Shown: piece after piece, positions 29,933 to 40,028 of the stretch
Layout: each line of letters begins with the position of its first letter
Numbering within the stretch: the first letter of the stretch is position 1
DNA from: an uncultured Chloroflexia bacterium
Lineage (GTDB): Bacteria; Chloroflexota; Dehalococcoidia; GIF9; UBA5629
NCBI GenBank assembly: GCA_963705905.1
Contig: OY970123.1
Coordinates: 839,921-903,920 of the forward strand
Direction of reading: 5' to 3'
DNA length: 64,000 bases
The notes under the pieces: model-generated
What the model was told of the DNA's origin: nothing
What the model saw: the letters and a program-made list of their open reading frames with translations, nothing else
Database searches by the model: none
Translations under genes and position numbers: made by a program

Positions 29933-31897
29933 ATGATGGAACCCAAGATCGGTGTTTATATCTGTCACTGCGGCAGCAACATTGCCGGTACCGTTGACGT
30001 CGAGAAGGTCTCTGAATACGCCAAAACTCTGCCTGCGGTCGCAGTTTCCCGTGACTATAAGTTCATGTGCTCCGACCCCGGCCAGGACCTGATCAAAAAA
30101 GATATTAAAGAGCTGGGCGTCAACCGCGTGGTGGTCGCCTCGTGTTCTCCTCAAATGCACGAGCCCACCTTCCGCAGGGCCGTGCAGGACGCCGGTTTGA
30201 ACCCATACTATTTCGAGATGGCCAATATCCGTGAGCACTGCTCGTGGGTGACGGAATCACGCAAGGAAGCTACCGATAAGGCCAAAGCTCTCGTGAGCGC
30301 GGCAGTCAGAAGGGTCTTCTATCACCAGCCGCTGGAAAACAAGGAAGTACCCGTCCACCCCGACACGCTTATCGTCGGCGGCGGCATCGCAGGCATCCAG
30401 GCCGCCCTTGAAATCGCCAATTCGGGCCATAAAGTCTACCTGGTGGAAAGGGAGCCCAGCATCGGCGGACACATGATGCAGCTCGATAAGACCTTCCCCA
30501 CCCTGGACTGCTCGGCCTGCATTCTTACGCCCAAGATGAGCATGGTTGGCGCACACCCCCAGATCGAACTGCTGACCTATTGCGAAGTCGACAATGTTGC
30601 AGGCTATGTGGGCAACTTCAGGGTCAAGATCAGGAAAAAGGCCCGCTACGTGGATACCACCAGGTGCAACGGCTGCGGCACCTGCATGACCAAATGCCCG
30701 GTCAAGGTCGACAGCGAATTCGACGAGAAGCTTTCCAAACGCAAGGCCATCTATACTCCTTTTGCGCAGGCGGTCCCCAACGTAACCACCATCGACAGGG
30801 AGCACTGCACCTATTTCCTCAAGGGCAAATGCCGCGCCTGCGAGAAATTCTGCGAAAGGGATGCCATTAATTTCGAGCAGGAAGACGAGGTCATGGACAT
30901 CGAGGTCGGCAACGTCATCCTGACGACCGGCTATAAAATATTCGACCCTTCCGTTATTAAGGAGTACGGCTACGGAAAGCTGGACAATGTACTCACCAGC
31001 CTTGAGTTCGAGCGCATGGTGAACTCGGCAGGCCCCACCATGGGCCATATCCAGCTCAAGAACGGCCAGGAACCCAAAAGCATCGCCATCATACACTGCG
31101 TCGGCAGCCGCGACGAAAAATACCACGAGTACTGCTCTCGTGTATGCTGCATGTACGCTATGAAATTCTCCCATCTGCTGCTGGAGCACGTACACGGCTG
31201 TACGGTCTATGAGTTCTATATCGATGTCCGCAGCTTCGGCAAAGGCTACGAGGAGTTCTATAACCGGGTGCAGAAAGAAGGCACCGTTTTCTTCAGGGGC
31301 AGGCCCGGCGAAGTCACGGACGTGGCCCAGACACCCGAGGAGAAAGGCAAATTAATAGTGCAGTTCGAAGATACGCTGGTCGGCAAGCAGCGCAGGCAGC
31401 CCGTCGACATGGTCATCCTGTGCAGCGGCATCGAGGCCCAGTCCGATGCGGCCGATGTTGCCCATAAATTCAACATCTCCCTCGGCAAAGAGAATTTTTT
31501 CACTGAGAAGCATCCCAAGCTCGACCCGGTTGCCACCATGACCGACGGCATCTTCATAGCCGGCTGCTGCCAGGGACCCAGGGACATACCCGACACGGTA
31601 GCGCAGGCATCCGCCGCCGCCGCCAGGGTGCTGGCATTGATCAATAAGGGCAAGGTCGAAATAGAAGCCGATACGGCCTTCATCGACGAATCCAAGTGCT
31701 CGGGCTGCAGGGTCTGCAACCTGATGTGTCCCTACAATGCCATCTCCTTCCTGGAGAAGGAAAAGGTCTCACGCATCAACGAAGCCCTGTGCAAAGGATG
31801 CGGCACCTGTGTGGCAGCCTGCCCCAGCGCCGCCATAACGCACAAACATTTTACCAACGACGAGATAAATGCCGAGCTGGAAGGCATACTGGCTTAG
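29933..31897 (+). CDS. hdrA: heterodisulfide reductase subunit A-like flavoprotein
   Basis: 654 aa; N-terminal Cys cluster CHCGSNIAG, FAD motif GGGIAGIQAALEIA, two ferredoxin CxxCxxCxxxCP motifs. Confidence 0.85.
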   Translation: MMEPKIGVYICHCGSNIAGTVDVEKVSEYAKTLPAVAVSRDYKFMCSDPGQDLIKKDIKELGVNRVVVASCSPQMHEPTFRRAVQDAGLNPYYFEMANIREHCSWVTESRKEATDKAKALVSAAVRRVFYHQPLENKEVPVHPDTLIVGGGIAGIQAALEIANSGHKVYLVEREPSIGGHMMQLDKTFPTLDCSACILTPKMSMVGAHPQIELLTYCEVDNVAGYVGNFRVKIRKKARYVDTTRCNGCGTCMTKCPVKVDSEFDEKLSKRKAIYTPFAQAVPNVTTIDREHCTYFLKGKCRACEKFCERDAINFEQEDEVMDIEVGNVILTTGYKIFDPSVIKEYGYGKLDNVLTSLEFERMVNSAGPTMGHIQLKNGQEPKSIAIIHCVGSRDEKYHEYCSRVCCMYAMKFSHLLLEHVHGCTVYEFYIDVRSFGKGYEEFYNRVQKEGTVFFRGRPGEVTDVAQTPEEKGKLIVQFEDTLVGKQRRQPVDMVILCSGIEAQSDAADVAHKFNISLGKENFFTEKHPKLDPVATMTDGIFIAGCCQGPRDIPDTVAQASAAAARVLALINKGKVEIEADTAFIDESKCSGCRVCNLMCPYNAISFLEKEKVSRINEALCKGCGTCVAACPSAAITHKHFTNDEINAELEGILA

Positions 31898-31942
31898 CCG
31901 CAGGGCAGCGAACCCTGAAATTATAGAAGGAGATTTCTAAAA

Positions 31943-32497
31943 ATGGGCGATACCGCAGATACTACTTTTATGGATGAAGTCGCCGCCTTGCCGGCATGCG
32001 ACAAGATAAGACAGTGCATTCAATGCGGAGTCTGCAGCGGCTCCTGCACTACGGCCGCTCACTGGGAATATCCGCCCAGGAAGGTAATCGCCATGGTCAG
32101 GTCCGGCCTCAAGGACGAGCTACTCAAAAGCAACTCCATCTGGTTCTGCGTGTCGTGCTACCTGTGCACCGTCCGCTGTCCACTGGATATTAAGCCGGCC
32201 AGCATCGTGCACGGGCTGGAGTCGATAGCCCTCAAAGAAGGCTACAAACCGCCGACAAAGACCACGACCATGTACAGGACGTTCTCAGAATCGATTGTAG
32301 ACTACGGCCGCATTTATGAATTCGGCTTTATGTTCAAGTACTACCTGCAGACCAACCCGCTGGCCGCTCTGAAAATGCTGCCCACGGCTTTGCAATTGCT
32401 GGTCCACAGGCGCCTGCCGTTAACGCCTAAACCGGTCAAGGGCAAATCTGATTTGCGCATAATAATCGACAAAATGTCGGCAGGAGACGGCAAATGA
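31943..32497 (+). CDS. hdrC: heterodisulfide reductase subunit C-like (2x[4Fe-4S])
   Basis: CIQCGVCSGSC and CVSCYLCTVRCP motifs; 184 aa. Confidence 0.75.
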   Translation: MGDTADTTFMDEVAALPACDKIRQCIQCGVCSGSCTTAAHWEYPPRKVIAMVRSGLKDELLKSNSIWFCVSCYLCTVRCPLDIKPASIVHGLESIALKEGYKPPTKTTTMYRTFSESIVDYGRIYEFGFMFKYYLQTNPLAALKMLPTALQLLVHRRLPLTPKPVKGKSDLRIIIDKMSAGDGK

Positions 32498-33405
32498 GAT
32501 ATTACGCTTACTATCCCGGCTGCTCCATGGAAGCCACCGGCCTCCCTGTTGAGAAATCGATAAAGGCCATAGCCAAACCCCTGGAACTGGAATTCATCGA
32601 GCTGGAAGACTGGACCTGCTGCGGGTCATCGCCTTTTGCCGGCGTCGATAAGGCCAAGGCCATCGGCATAACTGCCCGCACCCTGGCCCAGGCAGAGAAA
32701 AGCGGCCTGGACCTGGTTACGCCGTGCAGCTCGTGCTATACGATACTACAGGAGGCCAACGACCTCTTGAAAGAAGACCACAAGCTGGCCGAAAAGGTCG
32801 GCGAAGCCCTCTCCGCCGTCGGCCTTTCCTACAACGGCACTGTAAAGGTACGCCACATCGTGGAGGTGCTGTTCAACGACGTCGGCCCGGCCGGCCTGGC
32901 CGCCAAAGTGGTCCGTCCCCTGACCGGCCTCAAGGTTGCCTGCTATGCCGGCTGCCAGCAGGTGCGTCCCTCCTATGGCTTTGATGACTCCGAGTACCCC
33001 GACTGGCTGGACCAGCTGGCCAAAAGCATGGGTGCCGAACCGGTCAATTTCCCCCTGAAGGCACGCTGCTGCGGAAGCTCGCTGGTTATATCAGAATCGG
33101 ACGTTGCGCTGGACTTGATCCACAGACTGCTGGAAAATGCGCAGGAAAACGGCGCACAATGCATGGTAACTACGACCTGCCCCCTGTGTTTCACAGCCCT
33201 GGATGTCTACCAGGCTACGGTAAACAGCCAATTCAAAAAGAAGTTTAATTTACCCGTGCTGGCCATAACGCAGATGATTGCCGTTGCCCTCGGACTCGAT
33301 TTTAATAAGTCAGCCCTCGGCGGCAATGTAGTTTCGCCCCAAAAGCTGCTTAAGCCCTATTTCACTTCCAAACCGCAGGCTGACAAGGCCGAAACACCCG
33401 CCTGA
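32494..33405 (+). CDS. hdrB: heterodisulfide reductase subunit B-like (two CCG domains)
   Basis: WTCCGSSPF and CCGSSLV Cys-rich CCG motifs; overlaps hdrC stop. Confidence 0.8.
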   Translation: MRYYAYYPGCSMEATGLPVEKSIKAIAKPLELEFIELEDWTCCGSSPFAGVDKAKAIGITARTLAQAEKSGLDLVTPCSSCYTILQEANDLLKEDHKLAEKVGEALSAVGLSYNGTVKVRHIVEVLFNDVGPAGLAAKVVRPLTGLKVACYAGCQQVRPSYGFDDSEYPDWLDQLAKSMGAEPVNFPLKARCCGSSLVISESDVALDLIHRLLENAQENGAQCMVTTTCPLCFTALDVYQATVNSQFKKKFNLPVLAITQMIAVALGLDFNKSALGGNVVSPQKLLKPYFTSKPQADKAETPA

Positions 33406-33869
33406 TGAGAAAGCTTGTCCTGGGCATAGGCAATCCCATCATCGGCGACGACGGCGTGGGCTTTAAAGTTATCGAGGCTTTAGAGGCAGACCCCCCTCCC
33501 GGCGACATCACTCTCTCCGCCTGCGACGTTTCAGGCCTGGCAATTATGGACCTTGTCATCGATTTCGACGAGGTGGTGATCGTGGACGCCATCCAGACCG
33601 TCAACGGCAAGCCCGGCGATATTTACCGCCTGAAAGTCGATGATTTCCGCGTAAGCAAGCATGCAGTCTCACCGCACGATACCGACCTGCCCACCGCGCT
33701 GGAGATAGGCAAACTATTAAAGGTTAAGATCCCCGACAAAATAAGCATCGTCGCCATTGAAATTCCAGATGCCTTTGAGTTCAGCAACGAGCTTACGCCG
33801 CCTGTGGCTAAAGCCGTCCCCGAAGCCGTTCAGATGGTAAAAGACATTCTTAAAGAGCGGCCCGACTAG
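33405..33869 (+). CDS. hydrogenase maturation protease (HycI/FrhD-like)
   Basis: LVLGIGNPIIGDDGVGFKV metal-binding start, conserved Asp and His positions; TGATG overlap with hdrB. Confidence 0.7.
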   Translation: MRKLVLGIGNPIIGDDGVGFKVIEALEADPPPGDITLSACDVSGLAIMDLVIDFDEVVIVDAIQTVNGKPGDIYRLKVDDFRVSKHAVSPHDTDLPTALEIGKLLKVKIPDKISIVAIEIPDAFEFSNELTPPVAKAVPEAVQMVKDILKERPD

Positions 33870-33949
33870 CCGTTACGACCCTTCAAACATTGTTTGTACC
33901 TTATGTAATTTGTATAATATCCTACTAATTTCTTGTACTGGAAGATACG

Positions 33950-34837
33950 ATGACAGCCAGGATAATCAGCGGCACCGAGATTGCCGCGGCCATACGCAGC
34001 GAACTTAAGCTCAGGGTAGCCCGGCTTAAAGAGCATGGGAAAGTCCCCTACCTGGGCGTGATCCTGGTGGGCGACGATCCCGCATCTTTATCTTATGTAA
34101 AATCCAAAGAGAAAGGGGCGCAGGAGATCGGCCTGCGTGAGGTAACCTTGAGGATGCCGGCCGAAACCCCCGAGTCCAGGGTCATACAGTCCATCGACGA
34201 TCTCAACAACGACGCCGAGGTGGACGGCATTCTCGTGCAGACTCCCCTGCCCGGACATATCGACACCGAAAAAGTGCTCTACCATATCTCTCCCGAAAAA
34301 GACGTGGACGGCTTCCATCCTGTAAACCTGGGTAAACTACTGCGGGGCCAGCCCTGCTTCCTCCCCTGCACCCCCCACGGCATACAGCAAATACTTGTGA
34401 GAAGCGGCTACGATCCGGCGGGCAAACATGTGGTGATCTGCGGACGCAGCAACCTGGTGGGCAAGCCGCTGGCCGCCATTCTCTTTCAGAAGAAGACAGG
34501 CGCCAACGCCACGGTTACGGTGGTGCATACCGGCACCAGCCACATACCCAATTTCACGCGGCAGGCGGACATACTGGTCGCCGCCATGGGCAGCCCGCTC
34601 TTCGTTAAGGCCGACATGGTCAAGGAAGGCGCCGTGATCATCGACGTCGGCGTGAACCGCGTCGAAGACAGGAGCCGCGAGAAAGGCTACCGCCTGGTGG
34701 GCGACGTCGATTTCGAGGCAGTTAAAGAGAAGGCGGCCGCCATCACCCCGGTCCCCGGCGGAGTGGGCCCCATGACCGTTACCATGCTGCTGCAGAACAC
34801 TATAGAGTCGGCCGAGCTGAAAGCGGGAATCAAATAG
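33950..34837 (+). CDS. folD: bifunctional methylene-THF dehydrogenase / methenyl-THF cyclohydrolase
   Basis: [20 protein letters not shown] and GRSNLVGKP motifs; 295 aa. Confidence 0.9.
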   Translation: MTARIISGTEIAAAIRSELKLRVARLKEHGKVPYLGVILVGDDPASLSYVKSKEKGAQEIGLREVTLRMPAETPESRVIQSIDDLNNDAEVDGILVQTPLPGHIDTEKVLYHISPEKDVDGFHPVNLGKLLRGQPCFLPCTPHGIQQILVRSGYDPAGKHVVICGRSNLVGKPLAAILFQKKTGANATVTVVHTGTSHIPNFTRQADILVAAMGSPLFVKADMVKEGAVIIDVGVNRVEDRSREKGYRLVGDVDFEAVKEKAAAITPVPGGVGPMTVTMLLQNTIESAELKAGIK

Positions 34838-34853
34838 TCCGGAGATATTAAGA

Positions 34854-36617
34854 ATGCCTTATAACCCCTTGAAAATGAGCGACTGGCAGATAGCCGAAGA
34901 GGCCGAGAAAAACATGCCCGAGCCGCTCGACTGGATAAAAAAGCTCAACCTGGAGAAAGGCGAGATCATCCCTTACGGGAAAGTTGCCAGGCTCGACTAT
35001 GCCAGGATCATGCGGCGGCTGGAAAACAAGCCGGACGGCAAATATATACAGGTCACGGGCATCACGCCCACACCCCTGGGAGAGGGCAAAAGCACCACCA
35101 CCTGCGGACTGCTGGAAGGCATGGGCAAGCGCAAATTGAACGTGGGCGGCTGCATCAGACAGCCCTCGGGCGGACCCACCATGAACATCAAGGGCACGGC
35201 CGCCGGCGGCGGCAATGCCCTGCTCATACCCATGACCGAGTTCTCCATGGGGCTGACCGGCGATATCAACGATATTACCAACGCCCACAACCTGGCCATG
35301 GTAGCAGTCACGGCGCGTATGCAGCACGAGCGGAACTACGATGACCGCAAGCTGATGACGCTTTCCAATATGAAAAGGCTCGACATCGACCCAACACGAA
35401 TCGAGATGGGCTGGGTGATGGACTTCTGCGCGCAGAGCCTGCGCAACATCGTCATCGGCATCGGCGGCAAGATGGACGGCTACACTATGCAGTCCAAGTT
35501 CCAGATCGCGGTCAGCTCCGAGCTGATGGCTCTGCTGGCCATCGTCAAAGACCTGGCCGACCTGCGCCACCGTATGGACCGCATCACGGTAGCCTACAGC
35601 AAGCACGGCGACCCCATCACCACGGGGGACCTGCAGGTGGGCGGCGCCATGACGGCTCTGATGCGTAATACGATCAACCCCACCCTTTGCTGCACGGCGG
35701 AATACCAGCCCCTCATGGTGCATACCGGCCCCTTCGCCAACATCGCCCTGGGGCAATCGTCCATCATCGCCGACCGTATAGGCCTCAAGATGTTCGACTA
35801 TCACGTCACCGAGAGCGGCTTTGCCGCCGATATCGGCTTCGAGAAATTCTGCAACGTGAAATGCAGGCTGAGCGATCTCAAGCCGCATGCCTCGGTGCTG
35901 GTAGCAACCGTGCGCGCCCTCAAGATGCACGGCGGCGGCCCGGTCATTGTGCCCGGACTGCCCATGCCCGGGGAATATTTGAAGGAAGACCTGGGCCTGC
36001 TGGAGAAAGGCATCCCCAACATGCTCCACCATATTAAGATCATTAAGGAGGCCGGGGTCTGCCCGGTGGTCTGCATCAACGTTTTCCATTCCGATACCAA
36101 AGCCGAGATAGCTATGGTCAAGAAGGCCGCCGAGCTGGCGGGGGCGCGCTGCGCCGTTTCGCGGCACTGGGAGTTCGGAGGTGAAGGCGCCCTGGAGTTG
36201 GCGGACGTAGTTAAAGAAGCCTGCAACGACGATAATGAGTTCAAATTCCTCTACCCGCCCGAGATGAAGCTGCGTGACAGGGTAGATAAGATCGCCCGCG
36301 AAGTCTACGGAGCGGATGGGACATCCTGGTCGCTGGCTGCCGAAACCAGGGCCAAGGCTTTGGAAGCCGATCCTGAGTACGACGACTATGCCACTATCAT
36401 GGTCAAGACCCCGCTCAGCCTGAGCCACGATCCTGCGCTCAAAGGCGTGCCCAAGGGCTGGATACTGCCTATCCGGGATATTATGGTCTATTCAGGCGCC
36501 AGGTTCCTCTGCTTCTTCGCCGGAGAGGTCAACCTTATGCCCGGCACGGGCTCCAACCCGGCCTTCCGCCGCATCGACATCGACCCCCATACCGGCAAAG
36601 TGCACGGGATATTCTAA
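34854..36617 (+). CDS. fhs: formate--tetrahydrofolate ligase
   Basis: 587 aa; [14 protein letters not shown]-loop and overall FTHFS pattern. Confidence 0.95.
   Translation: MPYNPLKMSDWQIAEEAEKNMPEPLDWIKKLNLEKGEIIPYGKVARLDYARIMRRLENKPDGKYIQVTGITPTPLGEGKSTTTCGLLEGMGKRKLNVGGCIRQPSGGPTMNIKGTAAGGGNALLIPMTEFSMGLTGDINDITNAHNLAMVAVTARMQHERNYDDRKLMTLSNMKRLDIDPTRIEMGWVMDFCAQSLRNIVIGIGGKMDGYTMQSKFQIAVSSELMALLAIVKDLADLRHRMDRITVAYSKHGDPITTGDLQVGGAMTALMRNTINPTLCCTAEYQPLMVHTGPFANIALGQSSIIADRIGLKMFDYHVTESGFAADIGFEKFCNVKCRLSDLKPHASVLVATVRALKMHGGGPVIVPGLPMPGEYLKEDLGLLEKGIPNMLHHIKIIKEAGVCPVVCINVFHSDTKAEIAMVKKAAELAGARCAVSRHWEFGGEGALELADVVKEACNDDNEFKFLYPPEMKLRDRVDKIAREVYGADGTSWSLAAETRAKALEADPEYDDYATIMVKTPLSLSHDPALKGVPKGWILPIRDIMVYSGARFLCFFAGEVNLMPGTGSNPAFRRIDIDPHTGKVHGIF
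36558..36617 (+). repeat. direct repeat copy 1 (native fhs 3-prime end)
   Basis: ccggccttccgccgcatcgacatcgacccccataccggcaaagtgcacgggatattctaa; re-occurs at 39936-39995 with 3 mismatches. Confidence 0.8.
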
Positions 36618-38047
36618 GAAGTTGCTAAAGCATAAAATTTGACGTCCTGCTTTAGCAACGGTAATTCAGAGGGAAATAATAATCCATCATCCCTTGAACC
36701 ATTGATGCCCTCCATAAGCTCTTCATTGAACAGAGTGAAAAAATTGTTGATCAGTTCCCGGTCCTGCTTGCTGTCACTGAGGTTCAAGCTAAAGGTGATG
36801 GTATCGTTGAAGGTGCTGAACCCCATCTGAAAATGCGCAGGGTATTTTATCGAGCCGGTCATGAAGGCATCGGCCACCGGCGTACCGCCGAATACCAGAA
36901 GGTTTTTGTCGATCCTGTCTAAATTTGTCATAGCGAAGAGCGGGTAATGCATGTTCTCACGGATTAATTTTTTGGCCCTGGCATAGGGGAACAATTGGAA
37001 TACCAGAGGCAAGGTCATCAGGCCGCCGAGCCCGGGGAAATGCCTCTTCCTTGCTTCCATTACCTCATGCACCCGCCCAGCGGTATCGTCGAATGCCTCA
37101 GCCTCGCCGGGTATGATATCGCACAAAATGAACGAGGAGAGGTTACAGATCGCCTGAGCCTTTTTGCCGGGCAGGTAGCGCCTGAGGTCGACCGTGCACG
37201 AGATGTTCAGCGGAACATCCCGCTTAATCTCCAGCAGACGGTAGAGAGCGCGGTAATAGGCGGCCAGCACCACGTCGTTGACGGTGAAATGCTTATCCGC
37301 ACAATATTTTTTCAGCAATAAATAACCGGGCCGCTCCAGCCTGCAAAGCTGCATATAGGGCCGCAGTCCGCCTTCCTCATTTCCTCCATCCCTTAATACA
37401 TATCCGCTGTCTTTCATATTGCCGGGCAAAAATAACAGCCTGGCCCTATCTATGAGATTGAGCTGATTAAAAATCTGGCAGACGCTGCGGGAACCGCCGA
37501 CACTGGATGCAGGACGGTAATGAGGGTCTCTCATCAGGCTGGTATAAGTTGAAGCCAGCAGGTACATATATTGCTTAAACCCGGCTGCATCGCTGACCAT
37601 GTGGTTGATGACCACGTTCAGCACGTCGTGTTGCGGGCCACGCGCCAGGGTTACCTGCACCTGGGGGCCTTCCAGGGCCGCTGTCCTGGAGACCAGCAGC
37701 CGCTTCAGGTTCTCATCTATATCATCGCTCTCGATAAAGGAGAACGCCTTATCATGATCAGCCCTGTCGATGCACTGCCAGTACGGACGGCGGCTGTCTT
37801 CCACGAAGCGGCAGCCCAGTATTGGCACGTCCTCCATTGTCAGCAACACGGCCTTTTTCAGCACATCACGGTCCAGCTTTCCGTCTAAGCTGACCACGCA
37901 GTGTACCTGGTGGTCATTGTACCTGTATTCCTCGAGCAGAAACTGCAGCTTATCGAACGATTCCGCCTTGAAACGCTTTTCGCTACCGCCGCCCGTTTTA
38001 TTTAACGCGGTTTTTTCTTCCATGAGGTCTTTTTTCATCTTCAACAC
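36614..38047 (-). CDS. condensation-domain / WS-DGAT superfamily acyltransferase-like protein
   Basis: 477 aa; HxxxD motif in [11 protein letters not shown] at the typical position; no further assignment possible. Confidence 0.4.
   Translation of the reverse strand: MLKMKKDLMEEKTALNKTGGGSEKRFKAESFDKLQFLLEEYRYNDHQVHCVVSLDGKLDRDVLKKAVLLTMEDVPILGCRFVEDSRRPYWQCIDRADHDKAFSFIESDDIDENLKRLLVSRTAALEGPQVQVTLARGPQHDVLNVVINHMVSDAAGFKQYMYLLASTYTSLMRDPHYRPASSVGGSRSVCQIFNQLNLIDRARLLFLPGNMKDSGYVLRDGGNEEGGLRPYMQLCRLERPGYLLLKKYCADKHFTVNDVVLAAYYRALYRLLEIKRDVPLNISCTVDLRRYLPGKKAQAICNLSSFILCDIIPGEAEAFDDTAGRVHEVMEARKRHFPGLGGLMTLPLVFQLFPYARAKKLIRENMHYPLFAMTNLDRIDKNLLVFGGTPVADAFMTGSIKYPAHFQMGFSTFNDTITFSLNLSDSKQDRELINNFFTLFNEELMEGINGSRDDGLLFPSELPLLKQDVKFYALATS
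36621..36659. terminator. bidirectional hairpin between convergent fhs and acyltransferase-like gene
   Basis: Perfect 12-bp inverted repeat gttgctaaagca ... tgctttagcaac with a 15-nt loop. Confidence 0.4.
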
Positions 38048-38351
38048 TCCTTTAATAATTTGCGCGCTGTTTTACGCTTACACCAGGATTTTACTATTTT
38101 CGTTTTAATAATGCAAATCAGTAATTATTATATTGCTTTTTAAACTTATTATAATTATAATATTAAATATCAGTGGGCTCCTGTCGGCCATTATGCATAA
38201 GTGCTACCTGCTGATAATAACAGGCGCACACAAGCGGGTGCAGGCATGCCGGAAGCCGCTTGATTAATGCAGCAACAATAATGAGAGATTTTGTTTAATT
38301 TATTGATTTTTCCAAGAAATAGACTAATATATCGGGTAACAGGAGGATGCT

Positions 38352-38774
38352 ATGCAGAAACTATTCAGCCAGTGCCCTGCTTGCGGTGGCCAGCTTGTCG
38401 TTACAGAGTGCAAATGTACCAACTGCCAGCTACAAATGCGTGGTGAATTCAGGTCAGGGCCGCTGGCCGCGCTCACCGATGATGAGATGACCTTTACAAA
38501 GGTCTTCCTGTCCACCCGCGGCAATCTCAGTGAAGTTGAGAGGATCCTGGGTATTTCTTATCCCACCATCCGCAACAAGCTGGATGAAATTAACAATGCC
38601 ATCAATCGTATCGACGTGGCTTCAGTGTCCCGGCGGGCAAAAGGTGAGGCTGCGCCGGACGTAAGTCCCGATGCTGCTGCAGACATCCGGAAGGACATTT
38701 TGCAGAAGGTTGCGGACGGCCAACTATCGCCGGCGGAAGCGGTGCAGAAGCTGCGGGAAACCGGAGAAGACTGA
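38352..38774 (+). CDS. DUF2089-type zinc-ribbon/HTH protein
   Basis: CPACGGQLVVTECKCTNCQLQMRGEF zinc ribbon then helix-turn-helix-like segment (LGISYPTIRNKL). Confidence 0.55.
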   Translation: MQKLFSQCPACGGQLVVTECKCTNCQLQMRGEFRSGPLAALTDDEMTFTKVFLSTRGNLSEVERILGISYPTIRNKLDEINNAINRIDVASVSRRAKGEAAPDVSPDAAADIRKDILQKVADGQLSPAEAVQKLRETGED

Positions 38775-39907
38775 TGTCCGGCACGGAACGCACATGGACG
38801 GCTGACGCTTTCGACGCGGTCGCCGTCAGGGCACGTGACTGCAAGGTTGAGATCGAGGGGACCGAGGATGACGATGTCCGCCTCGAGGCCGACCACGGGC
38901 CGGATTTCAGTTTGGAGATAACCGGCCGCCGGCTGCAGCTCGGCACATCCATGCAAAAGGGCGAAGCAAAGTTCACCCTGCATCTGCCAAAGCATAAAGC
39001 CTGGGCAGTGGACCTGTTTTCAGGGCAGACGCAATTCAAAGCCGTGAATATCAGGGCACGCCTGAACTTAATGCCCGGCAAGGGTGAAATCCAGGTCGAG
39101 AACTGCAGCGGGGCCCTTTCTGTTATATCCGGCAAGGTGAATATCCGGTTGAAGCTTTTCAGCGAAACTGAAATACCGGAATTGCCACTTCTTGCCGCGG
39201 AATGGCCGTTGATCAACCTTGGAGACCGTGAAAGCTGGCCGGACTGGTGGACGGGTTATTGGGACCAGATGGGCGGGGAGTTCGATGAAAGGATCTTAAA
39301 ACGGTTTTTCAGTCAAGCTAAAAATAAAAAGAGAATTTCCGGTATTAACCTCCAGGCAGGCAAGGGTGACCTGCAACTGGAAGATATAACGGTCAGTGAA
39401 TTTATCGTCAGGTGCGGTAAGGGCGATGTGAAGCTGAAGGGGGGACGTGTGGCGGACTTCGACCTTGACCTGCTTAAAGGCAATTTTGAATGTGAATCAT
39501 GTATGCCTGAGGGTGATTGGAATATCAGTGTAAACCGCGGCGACATCCACCTTTCCCTGCCTGCTGATACAAGGGCACGCCTGGACGTCGCCACGCGGCA
39601 GGGTGACATCCAGTCCACCACGCCGATGGTACGCGTCACACGCCAGGGTCCCGAGGCCTGGCATGGCGGAAGGATGGTTGGCACAATGGGTACTAACCCT
39701 GAGGGAAAGATGCCCGGGGTCCACCTGGCCACTCTGCATGGAGATATTAAAATCGAGACCCGGCGTCCGCCGGGTCGCCGGGATGAGGATCAGCGGGTCG
39801 GGAACGCAGATTCATATTATACGCCGCTGTCTATTTTAAAAGCTTTAAGCGAAGGACGGATCAGCGTTGACGAAGCCGAACGGCTGTTGCATAGTTTAGA
39901 TTCTTAG
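38774..39907 (+). CDS. DUF4097-type beta-helical repeat protein (putative adhesin-like, YvlB-like)
   Basis: Repetitive G-x-V/I-x-I/L beta-strand ladder; start overlaps the DUF2089 stop (TGATG). Confidence 0.5.
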   Translation: MSGTERTWTADAFDAVAVRARDCKVEIEGTEDDDVRLEADHGPDFSLEITGRRLQLGTSMQKGEAKFTLHLPKHKAWAVDLFSGQTQFKAVNIRARLNLMPGKGEIQVENCSGALSVISGKVNIRLKLFSETEIPELPLLAAEWPLINLGDRESWPDWWTGYWDQMGGEFDERILKRFFSQAKNKKRISGINLQAGKGDLQLEDITVSEFIVRCGKGDVKLKGGRVADFDLDLLKGNFECESCMPEGDWNISVNRGDIHLSLPADTRARLDVATRQGDIQSTTPMVRVTRQGPEAWHGGRMVGTMGTNPEGKMPGVHLATLHGDIKIETRRPPGRRDEDQRVGNADSYYTPLSILKALSEGRISVDEAERLLHSLDS

Positions 39908-39935
39908 CAATATGTGATCTTACCCTGTATTTAAC

Positions 39936-39995
39936 GCGGCCTTCCGCCGCATCGACATCGACCCGCATACCGGCAAAGTACACGGGATATTCTAA
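39936..39995 (+). repeat. direct repeat copy 2 (orphan copy of fhs 3-prime end)
   Basis: gcggccttccgccgcatcgacatcgacccgcataccggcaaagtacacgggatattctaa; 57/60 identical to 36558-36617, same orientation, not attached to an ORF. Confidence 0.8.
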
Positions 39996-40028
39996 TATTG
40001 CCCTGCCCAAATGGTATCTAGCATGTTT

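Noticed and set aside
30257-31195. 312-aa minus-strand ORF inside hdrA, and similar antisense ORFs in the glycyl radical enzyme (27708-28391), queA (49301-50074) and pyrD (12374-13051)
   Set aside because: Each overlaps a conserved, motif-rich gene on the opposite strand; none has an RBS or a recognisable domain
34848-36428. 526-aa minus-strand ORF antisense to fhs
   Set aside because: Fully overlaps a gene with unmistakable formate--tetrahydrofolate ligase motifs on the plus strand; long antisense ORFs are expected in GC-rich coding DNA; low-complexity Gly/His/Arg-rich translation
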